This document shows, in pieces, positions 11,950 to 24,284 of a stretch of DNA of 64,000 nucleotides. The position numbers and the translations under genes were made by a program. The stretch is taken from NCBI GenBank assembly GCA_013239625.1, contig MU056000.1, forward strand, positions 12,661,175-12,725,174. Direction: 5' to 3'. Source of the stretch: Lama guanicoe (Eukaryota). Position 1 is the stretch's first letter. Each line of letters opens with the position of its first letter. Below the pieces are notes generated by a model. The model was not told the origin of the DNA. It was given only the letters and a program-made list of their open reading frames with translations, and did not search any database.

Positions 11950-14160
11950 CTGTAGGCATTGCAAGATATATCTTTAATTTAGCAGATGTTACTTTAAATT
12001 AATATTTACTACCTTATGTGAAATGTTAGGATCTTATAATTGTTTAATTCCATTTACCACTCTTTCTAGGTATTTTTTTTGTACTATCACATATTTTACT
12101 TTTCTCTGTATTTTGTTTTTGTTTTTTGAGGAGGGTAATTCGGTTTTTATTTTGTATTTAGTTTTTAATGCAGGTACTGGGGATTGAACCCAGGACCTTG
12201 TGCATGATAAGCACATGCTCTACCACTGAGCTATACCCTCCCCTCACCTTTTTCTCTGTATTTTAAGGTGCACAGTACATCAATATTTTTTATTTTTTAC
12301 TTTAAATGGTCAATTGACTTTTAAATAAATTAAGAAAATCATTTTTTAATATTGACTAGAATATTTACTAGTTCTTATATCTTTATTCCTTCATGGGACC
12401 TGCTTTTCCATTTTGTTTTATTACCTTCAGCCCTACAGAATTTCCTTTAGCATTTCTTGTAGTGAGATTTTGCCTATAACAAATTTTCTTAGCTTTGTTT
12501 GAAAATGACTTTGATTTGCCTTTATTTGTTGAAGGATATAGTTCCTGGTGAAAAAAATAAATTGAGAGATATTTCATTTAGCATTTTAAAGATATCATTC
12601 CATTATCTTCTATCTTCCATCATTTCTGGTGGGAAGTCAGTCATAATTCTTATGGCAGTTCCCCTGAACTGATGGGTTGTTTTTTCTCTGATTGGATTTA
12701 ATACTTTTCTTTAATATCTTCCTTTTTCTTAATTATCATTGGTTTTCACTAGTTTGAAAATAAGGTGCCTATATATGTTTGTCCTGTTTGAGGTTCATAT
12801 GGTGGGGTTGAGGGGTGTCTGCTGATGTCTTTTTTATTGGTTTGGAAATGTTTTAGATATTTTCTCTTTAAGCATTTCTTCTGTCTCATTCTTATTTCTT
12901 TCTGGATCTTCAGTTACATATGCCAGATCATAAAATATTGCCCCACAATATTATATACTTCACTATTTTATTTTATTTTATTTTTAGCTTTTATCTTTGA
13001 GTTAATTAACTGGTTCTTTCTTCTATAGGTCTAGTCTGATGTTAAGCTGCTTTAATGAAATTTTTAGTTCTGATATTGTATTTTCAGTATGTAATTTCTA
13101 TTTGGTTCTTTCTTTTTTTTTCTCTTCTCCTTCCCCTTTTTCATTTTTTGGTTTATACTCTGTTGAGGTTTCATATCTGTTCTTCTATTTTTCCATCATT
13201 TATTCCTAAATTCTTCAGTAGAATTCTGTTAATTATTTCAAAGTCTTTGTTAAGTTCAACATCTAAGTCTTATGTGGGTTAGCTTCTTCTGATTAATTTT
13301 CTTTTCATTAGTTTGGTCATATTTTCATACTTTTTGTATGCCTATTAATTTTTAATTGGATATTGAATATTTTGGATAATAAACCTTCTAGATTGTTGTT
13401 TTTTTTCTAAAGAGTGTTAAATTTCATTCTGAAAGGCCATTAATTTACTAATTTAGCATAGTCCCTCGATCTTTTGGAGACTTGGTTTTAGGGTTTGTGT
13501 GTGGATGCTTGTTTTGGTTTTGCTGTTAATCCCATGCCATAGACTTTAGTTAAAATACATGTTTCTTTCTCCTAAGGTGTAGCCCTTCTAGGGTTTCAGT
13601 GAAAAGTGAAGGTATTTATCAAGCTCTGTTAGCCAGGCTAGATTTGCACTACAAACTCTCTCCACTATTAGGTAGCTGCTGATACAGTTTTTTTTTTCAA
13701 TATAGTTATTAATCCTTTCAGCTGGGTTCCTTAGATTCTCACCATAAACATGTACAGTTTAGGTGTAGCCTGAAGATTTGAAGAAAATTTGTGTGCAACT
13801 TGTGAAATATTTCCTCTGTGTTTCTTTCCTCTCTGAAATTTTTCTTCCAATTTACTGCTCTGCTGAGCAGCCCTGCACTCCACGCTTTGTGTTCTCTTCC
13901 CAATACGGTATTGTTTACTGGTTTGTTTCTGTTCTGTCTCTAGACTTCAATAAGCCTAAGAATGTTCTCAAGGGAAAAGTCCACCTAGTGTGCTTCCCTT
14001 CCCTTAAGGATTGTATCATCTTCAGTTTCTTCATGCCTTTGAGTTGTACACTAATACCCTCAAACAGTTGCTTTTTTATATTTGTGTAGAGTTTATAATT
14101 GTTATTTACAGAAAGTTTGGTCTGATACAAGCTATTCCACCATGAATGGAAACAGAACCT
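11950..14160 (-). mobile_element. Ancient ORF1-bearing L1-related element (HAL1 or L1M 5' portion), interrupted by a Vic-1 SINE
   Basis: T-rich antisense ORF1 remnants (ttcctttagcatttcttgtagtg; aaagatatcattccattatcttct; gaagtcagtc) and a HAL1/L1ME-like 5' end (tttggtctgatacaagctattccaccatg...gaaacagaa). Confidence 0.72.
12115..12249 (-). mobile_element. Camelid Vic-1-type SINE
   Basis: tRNA-Ala-like head on the - strand; 15-bp TSD ttttctctgtatttt at 12100-12114 and 12250-12264. Confidence 0.95.
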
Positions 14161-14189
14161 CCTCATAAACTAACAGCTAATATGAATTC

Positions 14190-14370
14190 ACTGCCTGTCC
14201 TTTGTTACGTGCTGTGTGGATTTTCATATATTAACACTGACACACATAGCAATTGTACAAGTTAGGTATCATCAGCACCATCATTATTTCACAAAATAAG
14301 AAACCAAAGCACAGAGTGATAAAGAAACTTGCCCAGATTTATAAGGGACAGATGCAGGATCCAATGCCAT
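14190..14370 (-). mobile_element. MIR SINE
   Basis: atttcacaaaataagaaaccaaagcacagagtgataaagaaacttgccc resembles the antisense MIR core. Confidence 0.65.
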
Positions 14371-14408
14371 ATATGTTGAATATAAAACTTGTGTTACTTT
14401 TACTATTC

Positions 14409-14584
14409 CAGTGATTCTCAAATTTATCTGTAGACTGAAATTTCCTGGGGAGCTTTAAAACTGTCAGTGCCTTAGTTCCAGCTCTAGAGATTTTTTATAA
14501 CTAGTCTTTACTATGATTTGTCTATTGAGATTTTTAAAAGTTCCCCAGATATTTCAAATATGAAGCTAAGATTAAGAACCACTG
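14409..14584. mobile_element. MER5A-like hAT-Charlie MITE
   Basis: Terminal inverted repeats cagtgattctcaa...ttaagaaccactg; internal cctggggagctttaaaa / tttttaaaagttccccag symmetry; ~176 bp. Confidence 0.85.
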
Positions 14585-14587
14585 TAC

Positions 14588-15043
14588 TTTTTAAAAATAT
14601 TGAAGTATAGTTGATGTACAATATTATATAAGTTATAGCTGTACAAACAATATAGTGATTCAGAACTTTTAAAGGTTATACTCCATTCATAGTTCTTATA
14701 AAACATTGGCTATATTCCCTGTGTTGTACAATACATCCCTCATGTGCAGCTTATTTTATACACAATAATTTGTACCTCTTAATCTCTACCCCTATATTGT
14801 TCCTGCCCCCTTCCATCTCCCCGCTGGTAACTACTTGTTTGTTCTCTAAATCTGTGAGTCTGCTTCTTTTTTGTTATATTCACTAGCTGTATTTTAGATT
14901 CCATGTATAAGTGGTAACATACAGCATTTGTATTTCTCTGTCTGACTTATTTCACTTAGCATAATACCCTCCAAATCCATCCGTATTTCTACAAATGGCA
15001 AATGTTCATTCTTTTCTATGGCTGAGTAGTATTCCATTGTGTA
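14588..15043 (-). mobile_element. 5'-truncated L1 3' end (cetartiodactyl/L1MA9-like)
   Basis: ttgaagtatagttgatgtacaatattatataagtt...tctgacttatttcacttagcataataccctcc...ggctgagtagtattccattgtgtat. Confidence 0.93.
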
Positions 15044-15050
15044 TAATGGA

Positions 15051-15219
15051 ATATACATATATAAAAGATATACATATATATCATGTCTTATAAAAATACC
15101 TTAGTGTAGCTTTTCCATTACATCATGATTTTTATAAGACATGATATGTATGTATATCTTTTATATACGTATATATCATGTCTTATAAAAATACCTTAGT
15201 GTAGCTTTTCCATTACATC
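15051..15219. repeat. Combined 47-bp inverted repeat and 50-bp direct repeat at the L1 5' junction
   Basis: Inverted arms 15051-15097 and 15128-15174 (2 mismatches); identical direct copies 15075-15124 and 15170-15219. Confidence 0.95.
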
Positions 15220-15470
15220 CCTACATAAAATAAAAACATTCTTTGGAAATCCACAGAGTTCCAGTCAAATAATATTTTTATGCTGGTAATTTAGAAACAC
15301 AATCTGATGGTCATGCTGATTACAGAAGAGATCAAAGAAGCATTTATAAAAGGTCGTATTATCAGAGGAAAGGAAGTAGCATTGTTTGAATACCTACTAT
15401 GAGCTAGACACAGTGTTAAATTCTTCCTTGAATTGTCAAATAAAATACTAATTACAAATTCATAGCAAAC

Positions 15471-15880
15471 TGTGATGAGTTGAATTGTGTCCTCCAAAAG
15501 GTATGTTCAAGTCCCAATGCCTTACCACCTGTGAATAAGGGCTTATTTGGAAACAGGGTCTTGACAGATGTAACCAAGTTAAAATGAGGCACACTAGATT
15601 AGAGTGGGTCCTAAATCCAGTGAAAAAGGAGGGGCAGATGGGATACAGATCCTGAGGATACACATAGGGAGAAAGTTCTGTAACGACAGAAGCAAAGATT
15701 GGAGTGGTCCAGTTAAAAGCCAAGGAATACCAAAGATTATCAACAACCACCAAAAGCTAGGAGACAGGCATGGAACAGAGAGTCTGCCTCAGTCTCCAGA
15801 GGGAACCAACACAGCCGATATCTTGATTTTGGGCTTTTGGTTTCCTGAACTGTGAGAGAATAAATTTCTGTTGTTTTAAG
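15471..15880 (+). mobile_element. MaLR LTR, MLT1C-like (3' end truncated)
   Basis: tgtgatgagttgaattgtgtcctccaaaa...ttatttggaaacagggtctt...aagccaaggaataccaaagatt...gaactgtgagagaataaatttctgttgttttaag. Confidence 0.88.
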
Positions 15881-16379
15881 TGCAAAAACCCCAAACCCAA
15901 AAACCACTGTGTTGTGCCATGCTTCCTGTGATACTGACTAAATCTTAAAAGCAGGCCGGTTCCTGTTAATTTTATTTTTTCTTTCTAAATAATTATTGCA
16001 TGAAAAGATGTTTCATGTCTTTAATATTCTGATATCCTGATATTTAACAGCGAAAGAAAGTCTTCTTGACTATTTTAAATTGGTTTTTTTTTAATAAGCC
16101 AATCTTTGGTTTGGTTGCTGTTACCTACATGATCATACCATTTATGAATATAACTAATAGTTGTATTTAGCCTCTGATAAAAATTTTCTATTTGTTCACT
16201 TGTTTTGTGCTTAAGAATAGGTAAGTTTCCAGGAGCTACTGGAGTATTTTTATCTTTGTTAATCAATGTAAAGGAAATAAACAATAATTATAATATAAGC
16301 TAACATTCGCATGTGAAGTCATTTGTTGATGTTTTTTGACCAATTGTATTTAGCGGTACTTGATGTAATAAGGAGCAAC

Positions 16380-16510
16380 ACATTGTGAAATATGATGGGT
16401 TTGAATGGAGACTCTGGGGACTTCAGTTTCAGATATTAGCCTTGTTTGTGTGACCTGAGAGAGTCTCTCTACTTCTCTGGTTCTCAATTTTCTACTCTAT
16501 AAAATTTACA
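16380..16510 (+). mobile_element. MIR SINE fragment
   Basis: tgtgtgacctgagagagtctctctacttctctggttctcaattttctactctataaaat. Confidence 0.65.
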
Positions 16511-17902
16511 ATTGAGGCCCTTTTGGCTCCAAAGTTTTATAAATATAAAATTAATTTCCTGCTCAAAATACCTTTTGTTTTCTTGCTGTCATGGCTCTAG
16601 AATAGTCATTAGAATTAGACATATCTGTAAATATAAAAAGTATACCATTTGAACATGTTTTTAACTGCACCTGTTTCAGTGAATAAGCCCTGTGTAGACT
16701 GATGGCTTGGAGGAAAATGGATACTGTTAAAAGTTCAGTTCACTGGAGAAAATTCCAGCTAGAGGTGGTTTGATGTAGGCAGAGGATATGAAGAACAGTG
16801 ATAAAATTTAAGAAGTATCTAGTCACATCCAACCCTTTATGTCAGAAGGGAACCCAACATGCCTTTGTTGAGAAATCTCATGACACCACGCCATTCTTTC
16901 ACCTGGCAAGTAATGCTGGCACAGTCATTGCCCACGTTCGGGCCCCTCTTTCCAGAATGGCAGCACTGCGATTTGCCTTCGTCAGGGCTGCTATTCTTAC
17001 TGGGGGAGCTATGGTTGGGATAAAAAAGGTAATTAAGCCCACCAAAGGCTGGTTTTGTTGGCTGGCTATAAGCCTAGGATTTGGGAACAATAGATGGGAC
17101 AATACTGTGGTGTTTGGGAGCAGTTCTGCTTTGATCTGGGTATCATTCATAGATTGAGCACAGAGCTATTTTCACTGGTAGTTAAACATTTGGCAACTGC
17201 TGATCAGTGACAATGAACTGGATGTCCTCCTGCGGGAGCATGGTTCAGTAGGCAGAGCGTCAACTGAATTAGAGTGTAAAAAATTTGTACCTAAGTGTGT
17301 CTGTTTTGCTATCGATCGGCCTTGTGAACTTGTTTTCATCCTTCGGCATCTTGGTGTCTGTGTGTCTGTGTTTCTGTATTGGTTTGCTTAGGGATGTGGA
17401 GTCAGGGGATAGGATATCTTTGATAAGTTTGAAATATGATGAGTTAAAGTATTTAAAGGATTAACCTAAAGAAGTGGTCAAAATAAAAAAAAATCATCAG
17501 AAAACAAATAAAAATGATAAGGGATGTGAGAAAGCTGAATCACAGCATATAATTTATGTAAAGATATTGAAGAAAGAATACGTGAGATGAATATTGAATA
17601 TTGAGATGTTCGAGACTCCTATCTTAAGAACAGTAATGTAACAAAGGACAATGTAAAAATGTAGCAAAATACAGTGAATCCACATATTTGCTAGTGTATT
17701 ACACATTGCTTTACTTTAACAGTCTTTGGGTAGTTTTAGTTGTACGAGTTCAGTTGTCTGCTTTGTAAATCCATATTGCCTGGTAAAATCCAAGGCCATA
17801 TTCTTTGCCCACGTCTTCCATCATATCAGAAGTTCACACAGTACACTTCCATTTTTCAAATTCTTATTTGGGATAAGTGCATGTTGGAATCTCTGTCTTC
17901 AC

Positions 17903-17951
<49 letters not shown>

Positions 17952-17960
17952 CAGAGAGAG
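17903..17960. repeat. Compound (TG)n(AG)n/(ACAG) microsatellite
   Basis: Seen directly in sequence. Confidence 0.95.
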
Positions 17961-19162
17961 AACCTGATTATTTACTGTTAGGCAACTATTTTTATGTACC
18001 TTCATTTTTAAGAACAAATATACAAGTTAAATGTAATCTAGGTGATATTGGGAGTAACATGGCTAGACAGTAATAATTCCAGAATTCTTCAGACCAGGGG
18101 TATTTAAAGGTATTCCATAGAAGTAATCCTGTTCATACTTTTCCATAAAATAGAGGAATTTATTTTAAGCTTGAACTAAACTAATAAATTCTTTTCTTGC
18201 TTACTTGCCATAAGGATTCAGGTTTAAACCCTCTGTTCTTGAATGCAGGTTTACAGAACCTGGGAGGCTGGAAGAATAGATATGAAGAGGTTACAGCCCC
18301 AAAGGCAGATAGTCAGAACAATGCACTTTACTGGGAAAAAAAAAGATACAGGCTTATGTGATGAGAACTCCCGTCCCCAATCCTCTCAGGAAAACAGAGC
18401 ATACTGGATGAAACATTTTTTTTTTCCTTAATAGGTAAAAAGATTCAACACTTTGAGTGAACCTTGGGAAAATGCATAATTAGTCATCAAATTTTCCACC
18501 AAAAAAATTTATGACACAATGAAAGAACAATCTAGATCTTGAGGCTAGATTTGCATGAGAAAGGAATCACATGAGATACATAAAAAGGAGAATAAGGAAG
18601 CGCTGAAAGAAATTATATCCAGAATGCAAGCTTCAATAATTACACAGAATTTACTGTACATTGGGTCCAGTTCTAAGCGATAATTCTCACTGCTACACTA
18701 TTTCACATATCAGGGAGTCTGCGCTTCCTACTCCAGAGGAAATGTGATGGGGACAATGAGTGCAAGTCGAGCAAATTTCTTAAGTTCCTTTCACCTCAGT
18801 TTATTTAATTATAAAATGTGAACATTAAAGTACCTCCCTCATGTGTTTTCAAGAGTAGTATATGAGACAATTCATAGTTCTCAGTCAGTGTTAGCTGTTA
18901 GGATCTGCCATTTTTGACTAAGCTTTGTTGCCAATGCTGGTTTAGATTCTTTAAAATAAACACATTGAAGGATAATTGAGCATTTCTACAGATAGAGTGA
19001 GTATTGAAAAGTTGTTAAAAATAGGGCTTTCTGCATGTAAGTTGTATAATGATCGCTAAAGATTGAGTTTTAGACGTAAGTTTATGAGTTTTATGTTGTA
19101 TAATGGAGAAGAATGAAATTTGGACACCAAGAAATGTTATCTCTTGTAAGTAATCTTGAGTA

Positions 19163-19815
19163 TGGTTTTAGGTAATTTCACCATAAGTATCTGTGCTGTA
19201 GAACTCTTTTCCATAAGCATTTTCACAGCATAACTAATTGGATATAAGGCAGTTTTGCTGTAAAAAAATAAAATATTAAAAATAAAGAGGTACATTAAAA
19301 GGACATTTAAAACATGAAACATGAAGCATAAATGGCAATATTAAAATGGCTTTATAACATTTTATTTTGTGGGTTTTTTAAAATACTGATCTTTGAAGTT
19401 GTTTATTCATAGTATTTTTGTTTCTGCTGTTGATTTTTTCCCCATTTGCTATTGCACTTTTTCTAAAAGTTTTTTTTAAAGAGCGCTATCAATTTCCAAA
19501 TACTAGTATGCATATTTCTAACTGAGCTGTGTATTGCATTGTGAAAGCTTCTACATTGTGTTTTGTAGCACATGTCTGTTGATACACATTCCAACTCTGT
19601 GCTTTCCAGGCCTTCTGCTTTTTTCAGATTTATTTAAAAATGGAACTATTGTGTCAATGGAGAAATAAAACAAAACTGTCAACCATTTGAAACCAAACTG
19701 GCAAACTGTCAACCAGTTACCTTTTACAAAACAACTGTCTTACTGCCGATTAGTTACGTGGCAAAAGTGCTTGCAGTAAAGATGTCTATGGCAAAGATGC
19801 TTACGGCAAAAATAT
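19163..19815. mobile_element. DNA transposon fossil with long sub-repeated terminal inverted repeats (MER99-like)
   Basis: Left end aggtaatttcaccataagtatctgtgctgtaga...gcataactaattggatataaggcagttttgctgtaaaa; right end ttttacaaaacaactgtcttactgccgattagttacgtggcaaaagtgctt...aaagatgcttacggcaaaa is its degenerate reverse complement. Confidence 0.72.
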
Positions 19816-19968
19816 GGTTTAGTATACAAAGTGATCAGAGTTTGTCCCTGAGTCAATGGAAAGACTTTTCCAATAAAGCAAAATGACATACAATGGACAT
19901 CATCACGAGACATGGGGTGGGAGACTGAATTAAAGAGGCATGGTGAAACAGTTTGATCACTCTTTCAG

Positions 19969-20055
19969 GATTCTTTTAAAACAAATAGAAAAGACACCAA
20001 ACAGATATTGAAGAACTCATTACGCACATCAAGATATTTCTTACTACTCTCTTAG
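19969..20055 (+). other. Candidate non-coding exon (87 nt) ending at a TAG|GTAAGT site
   Basis: Acceptor tctttcag at 19961-19968; consensus donor GTAAGT at 20056-20061; stop codons in all three frames. Confidence 0.25.
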
Positions 20056-20699
20056 GTAAGTTGGTTCAAGTACAGTATTAATGAGGTCAAGATCATATCT
20101 TAGATCCCTAGATAGTCTAGTTAATTTGCACAAAGAAAATTACATTTTATAATCATGAATTCCATGACTAACTTAGATCACTTATGAAATATGTGTCGCT
20201 GATCACTGAGGACCGTTGAGGAGAGATACACAGATGTTTCAGAGGAAAATCCATCATTACTACTGAGAAAAAACTAAATACTTGCAAGTTTAGAATTTCA
20301 GGAATACATGTATTTTAGAGATTTTACAACTTAGTTATTTTCAATAAATATTTTAAGTGCAAAATTCTTTATTGAAATTCTTTTTTAGGATGCCCAGTAT
20401 AGAAAACAGAGCTGCGTTGACTGATAAGGGAATAAATAGGTCCGTTAACAATCAGCCTGATGATTCTAATGGCTTCCTGCTCCTCTGGCCCTCATCCTCT
20501 CCTCCTCCTTCAAAATTGCTCTCTATAATAATTTAAAAGTTGTAAGAATTAGAGTTCTGTGAAGCACAGTTGTTAAAACACTGATCTAGCCAGATGCTGT
20601 CATTTTAGAAATTAGGAAATTGCAAATTTTCTTATCATCCGGCCAGACAAGACTAAAATTCACGTAGTGGAATCCTTTCTGAATAGTCTAATCCAAAGA

Positions 20700-21045
20700 T
20701 TTACATCTGTTTAACTGCCACATGACAGGCTGCGTTAAGTATTCCGGATGGGTGAGTAGCTGTGCTCCACACTGCTATTCAGGGATCCATGTTTGCTCTT
20801 GTGTATTTCTATCTCCTCCTTGGGCAGTGTCACCATCTTTAGGGGGGAAAGGTTGGTTGCAAAGGATCCTGGTAGGCGCTAGGAAGAAGACAGTGTGGAG
20901 GAGGCGTGCCCATGAAATTGAAACAGAAGTTGGGAATAGAACTTAAATACATGGCTGGCCACACTTTTTTACTGCAAATGAGGCTGGGCAGCTGCATGCA
21001 GGGAAGTGAGGACAGATTTTGAAGGATAGGTGGTGGTCTCTGTCA
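20700..21045 (-). mobile_element. Degenerate MaLR LTR (MLT1I/J-like)
   Basis: acatggctggccacac...tgcaaatgaggctgggca...ggtctctgtca resembles an antisense MLT1 5' end. Confidence 0.45.
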
Positions 21046-22007
21046 GGGACCCTGTGGATTCCTACAAATTGTGAAACAGAAGCATAATCTTCAGTTCCAA
21101 TTTGAAAAAAGTATCTTATATTTGGGAAATCTCCAGAATTCTTTCATATTTGTTCCTCACTGGCTCCTCTTGAAAACCCAATGAGGTTGAAAAAGTAAGA
21201 CTATCCGTGTCCATCTCAAAAGTGGGCTGAACTCTTGAGGAAGTACAGCAGGAACAACCTTTTAAGGGAAGATTGCATAACACATTAGTATTCCTGCCAC
21301 CATGTTTGTCAAACCTCTAACAAAGGCAGCTCATTAGTAGAAATGATGTTTTTGACCAGGTTATAAAGCCTTTTTTCTTTCTTTTTATTCCTATTTCCTT
21401 AAACATATTTCATTCACTGTGTTGATTTGTGAAGATTTTCTGCTTCTTTCAGTAGATTATGAACACCTTGAAGGAAGTATGAAGTATTATCTGTCTTAGG
21501 ATCCCCACGGCCCTTAAGGAAATGCCTGAAACATAGATATTCATTGAATAAATCTCCTGTAAGTTTTAAATATTGATTACTTCCTACATGGTAATGATTG
21601 GATCAGAGCAGTTAAATAGGGATCTTAGTTAATTCGGGAGGAAGCTTCTCATTGCTTCGAAGTAGGCTAATGAGGCTTGATAACAAAACTTTCAACACAG
21701 TAAAAATAGATAAAATAGGCATTAACATAAAAGTAGCTTTAGACATCAGTTTGTAAATAACACGAAATTCACACATGAAAATCAGGTACTATAACACTAT
21801 TGGTCAATAAACTGACTTTATTATGTGAGCAAAACTATTTTCAGAAAGAGAAGTGGAACTTTTAGGAGCTTCTGTTTGATTTTCTGCTGTCAATATATTG
21901 TGCATGGTAAAATGTCAAATGCAAAAACATGACTTGGTAAACTGAAAAAAAAAAAAAAAGGAAAACCTCTCTACCCTTTATCTATTCATCTCATTGTCTC
22001 CTTCCAG

Positions 22008-22050
22008 GATTTTCTGGCAGTTTTAAAGGTCAAGAAAAGCTATATTGTAG
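22008..22050 (+). other. Candidate small exon (43 nt)
   Basis: Long AG-free pyrimidine-rich tract ending cttccag; donor TAG|GTAATT. Confidence 0.2.
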
Positions 22051-22834
22051 GTAATTAGTTCCCAGATCTGCTTTGTAAAATCATTTTTGGGGGCAATGCT
22101 TAGAAGGCATAGCATTTTTAAAAAGTTCTCTCTAGACAAAGAAGTTTGGAAAGTGACGCATCCTTTCATCATTTTGGAGGTTCACAGTAAACAATAGCGT
22201 ATTAAGTGATATAGGATGCGTTGAGGTACACATGAGCTGCTATTTCTTCTGCATTGGTTTGGATATGACACCCCACCTCCAAACTCCAGCTGCAAACACT
22301 CATTATCATTTCATAGATCATGGGTTCATATTTGTTTTTAGTTTTTGGAAACACTGGTAGGAATAATCTCAGACTTCTGAAACAAGGTAACAGGCATATG
22401 TAGAATGTCACAAATATTTGATTTCCATTTAATTTTTCAAATATGCAAAACAAATGCAATTATAGCAATTTGTATATGATGTTGTCTAATAATTTCAAGT
22501 TTCATTTTCATAGAAAGCTTTTGCTGCTGTTTCAAGAAGCACACACAAAAAAATTCCTGGAATAAAATTTAGTCTTTTTTTTTTTTTGAAATTTAATATT
22601 TCTCCTTACACACATGTGAGGTTACATAAAGGCATAAATATGGTCATATTATTTATGTTTATGACTCTGTTCTTTTTGTCTCTGCTCCATCCCCTGCATT
22701 TCTTCTCTCTTTCACCCCCATTAGCATTCCCATCTCTATCCCAAGTAACTCACATCATCAACTTATTACGTATTGTTGTATGTATTTAATCTGGAATCAT
22801 ACATCTGAAGACACACCCATACATACACACACTG

Positions 22835-23060
22835 AAGGATAGACTTCTGGGGGTCAACTTCTTGGATTTGCACCTTGGTTCTGACACTTGCTGTGAGATC
22901 TTGAAGAATTCTGACCTCTCAGTGACTCAGTTTCCTTGCTTTCAAGTGAGATTAGCAGGAATGTTGTGAAGATTAGATGAATTGTTTCATGCTATGTGAA
23001 TTATTTCATGCTGTGTGTTTAGAAAAGTACCTGGTATACAGTAATGCCAGTTTCCAGTAT
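22835..23060 (+). mobile_element. MIR SINE
   Basis: atagacttctgggggtca...tctgacacttgctgtgagatcttga...acctctcagtgactcagtttcctt...gttgtgaagattagatga...tacctggtatacagtaa. Confidence 0.8.
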
Positions 23061-23377
23061 AATTATTATTATATGATTGCATTTGTTGATAGCTTGTTTT
23101 TCAAAATGGTGATATATATGTACAATTTTCTTCCTCTTAATTTCCTCACTCAATTATACTTTGTGTAAATCATTTTAAACCAACTGATTTACCTTAAGTT
23201 AATGTCTACATTTTATTCTATGGTGTGAATATATCATCAATTATTTAGCCATATTCCTCATAATAGATTTTTCTTTTATTTCTAGTGTTTTACCATTGTG
23301 AATAATGCTAAAATGAATATCTGAATAAGTATGTTTTTCTGTCTTGTTTTTTCCCCTTTAAAAAATTAAAAATAAAA

Positions 23378-23995
23378 ACCTTAACTGTGGTAAAACACAC
23401 ACAACATAAAATTTACCATCTCAACCATTTTTAAGTGCACAATTTAGTAGTATGTACATTCACACTGTCTTGCAACGAATCTCCAGAACATCCTTTATCT
23501 TTCAGAACTGAAGCTCTGTGCCTATTAAACAGTAAATCTCCACTACGCTGCCTCCGAGCTCCTGGAAACCACCCTTCTACTTTTTCCCTCTGTGAATCTG
23601 ACCACTCCAGGTATCTCACGTAAGTGGAATCACACAGTATGTGTCTTTCTGTGCCTCGCTTGTTTCACTTACCATAATGTCCTTCAGGTTCATTGACGCT
23701 GTAGCATGAGTTAGCATTTTCTTTCTTTTCAAGCCTAAATAGTATTCTATTGTATGACCATACTACATTTGGTTTATCCATTCGTTTGTTGAAGAACACT
23801 TGGATTGTGTCTACCTTACGGCTGTTGTGAATAATGATGCTATGAACATGGCTGCGTAAGTACTTCTTCAAGACCCTGCTTTCAATTCTTTTGAGTATAA
23901 ATCAAATGGAATTTTGGGGTCATATGATAATTCTGTTTTTGGTTTTTTAAGGAACTGCTATTCTGTTTTCCATAGTTGAAGCATCGTTTTACTGT
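23378..23995 (-). mobile_element. L1MB-like 3' end
   Basis: tgtggtaaaacacacacaacataaaatttaccatctcaaccatttttaagtgcaca...aagtggaatcacacagtat...gctgttgtgaataatgatgctatgaacatgg...gttttccatag. Confidence 0.92.
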
Positions 23996-24225
23996 ATTGA
24001 TTTTTACTTCTATTGGCTTTCTCTTAACATTTTGAGCCCTTGAATAGATTAATAACTTTAAGAGATTATTTGCATAGGAATAAGAAATATTAAGTTTCTT
24101 TATTGAGAAACTGAAGACTTGAGTACATCTAATAAAACCAATATCTGGGGAATAAAACAAAACACACAGTAGGAAAAAAAGTTGACACTGTCTGGGTCAT
24201 ATCAGAACCCAGAGAACCTGTATAA

Positions 24226-24260
<35 letters not shown>

Positions 24261-24284
24261 TATGTATATAATTATATATATATA
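24226..24284. repeat. (AT)n microsatellite, interrupted
   Basis: Seen directly in sequence. Confidence 0.95.

Noticed and set aside
16798..17157. 119-aa ORF as a coding exon
   Set aside because: GTG start, no recognisable homology, no convincing flanking splice sites; kept only as a candidate non-coding element
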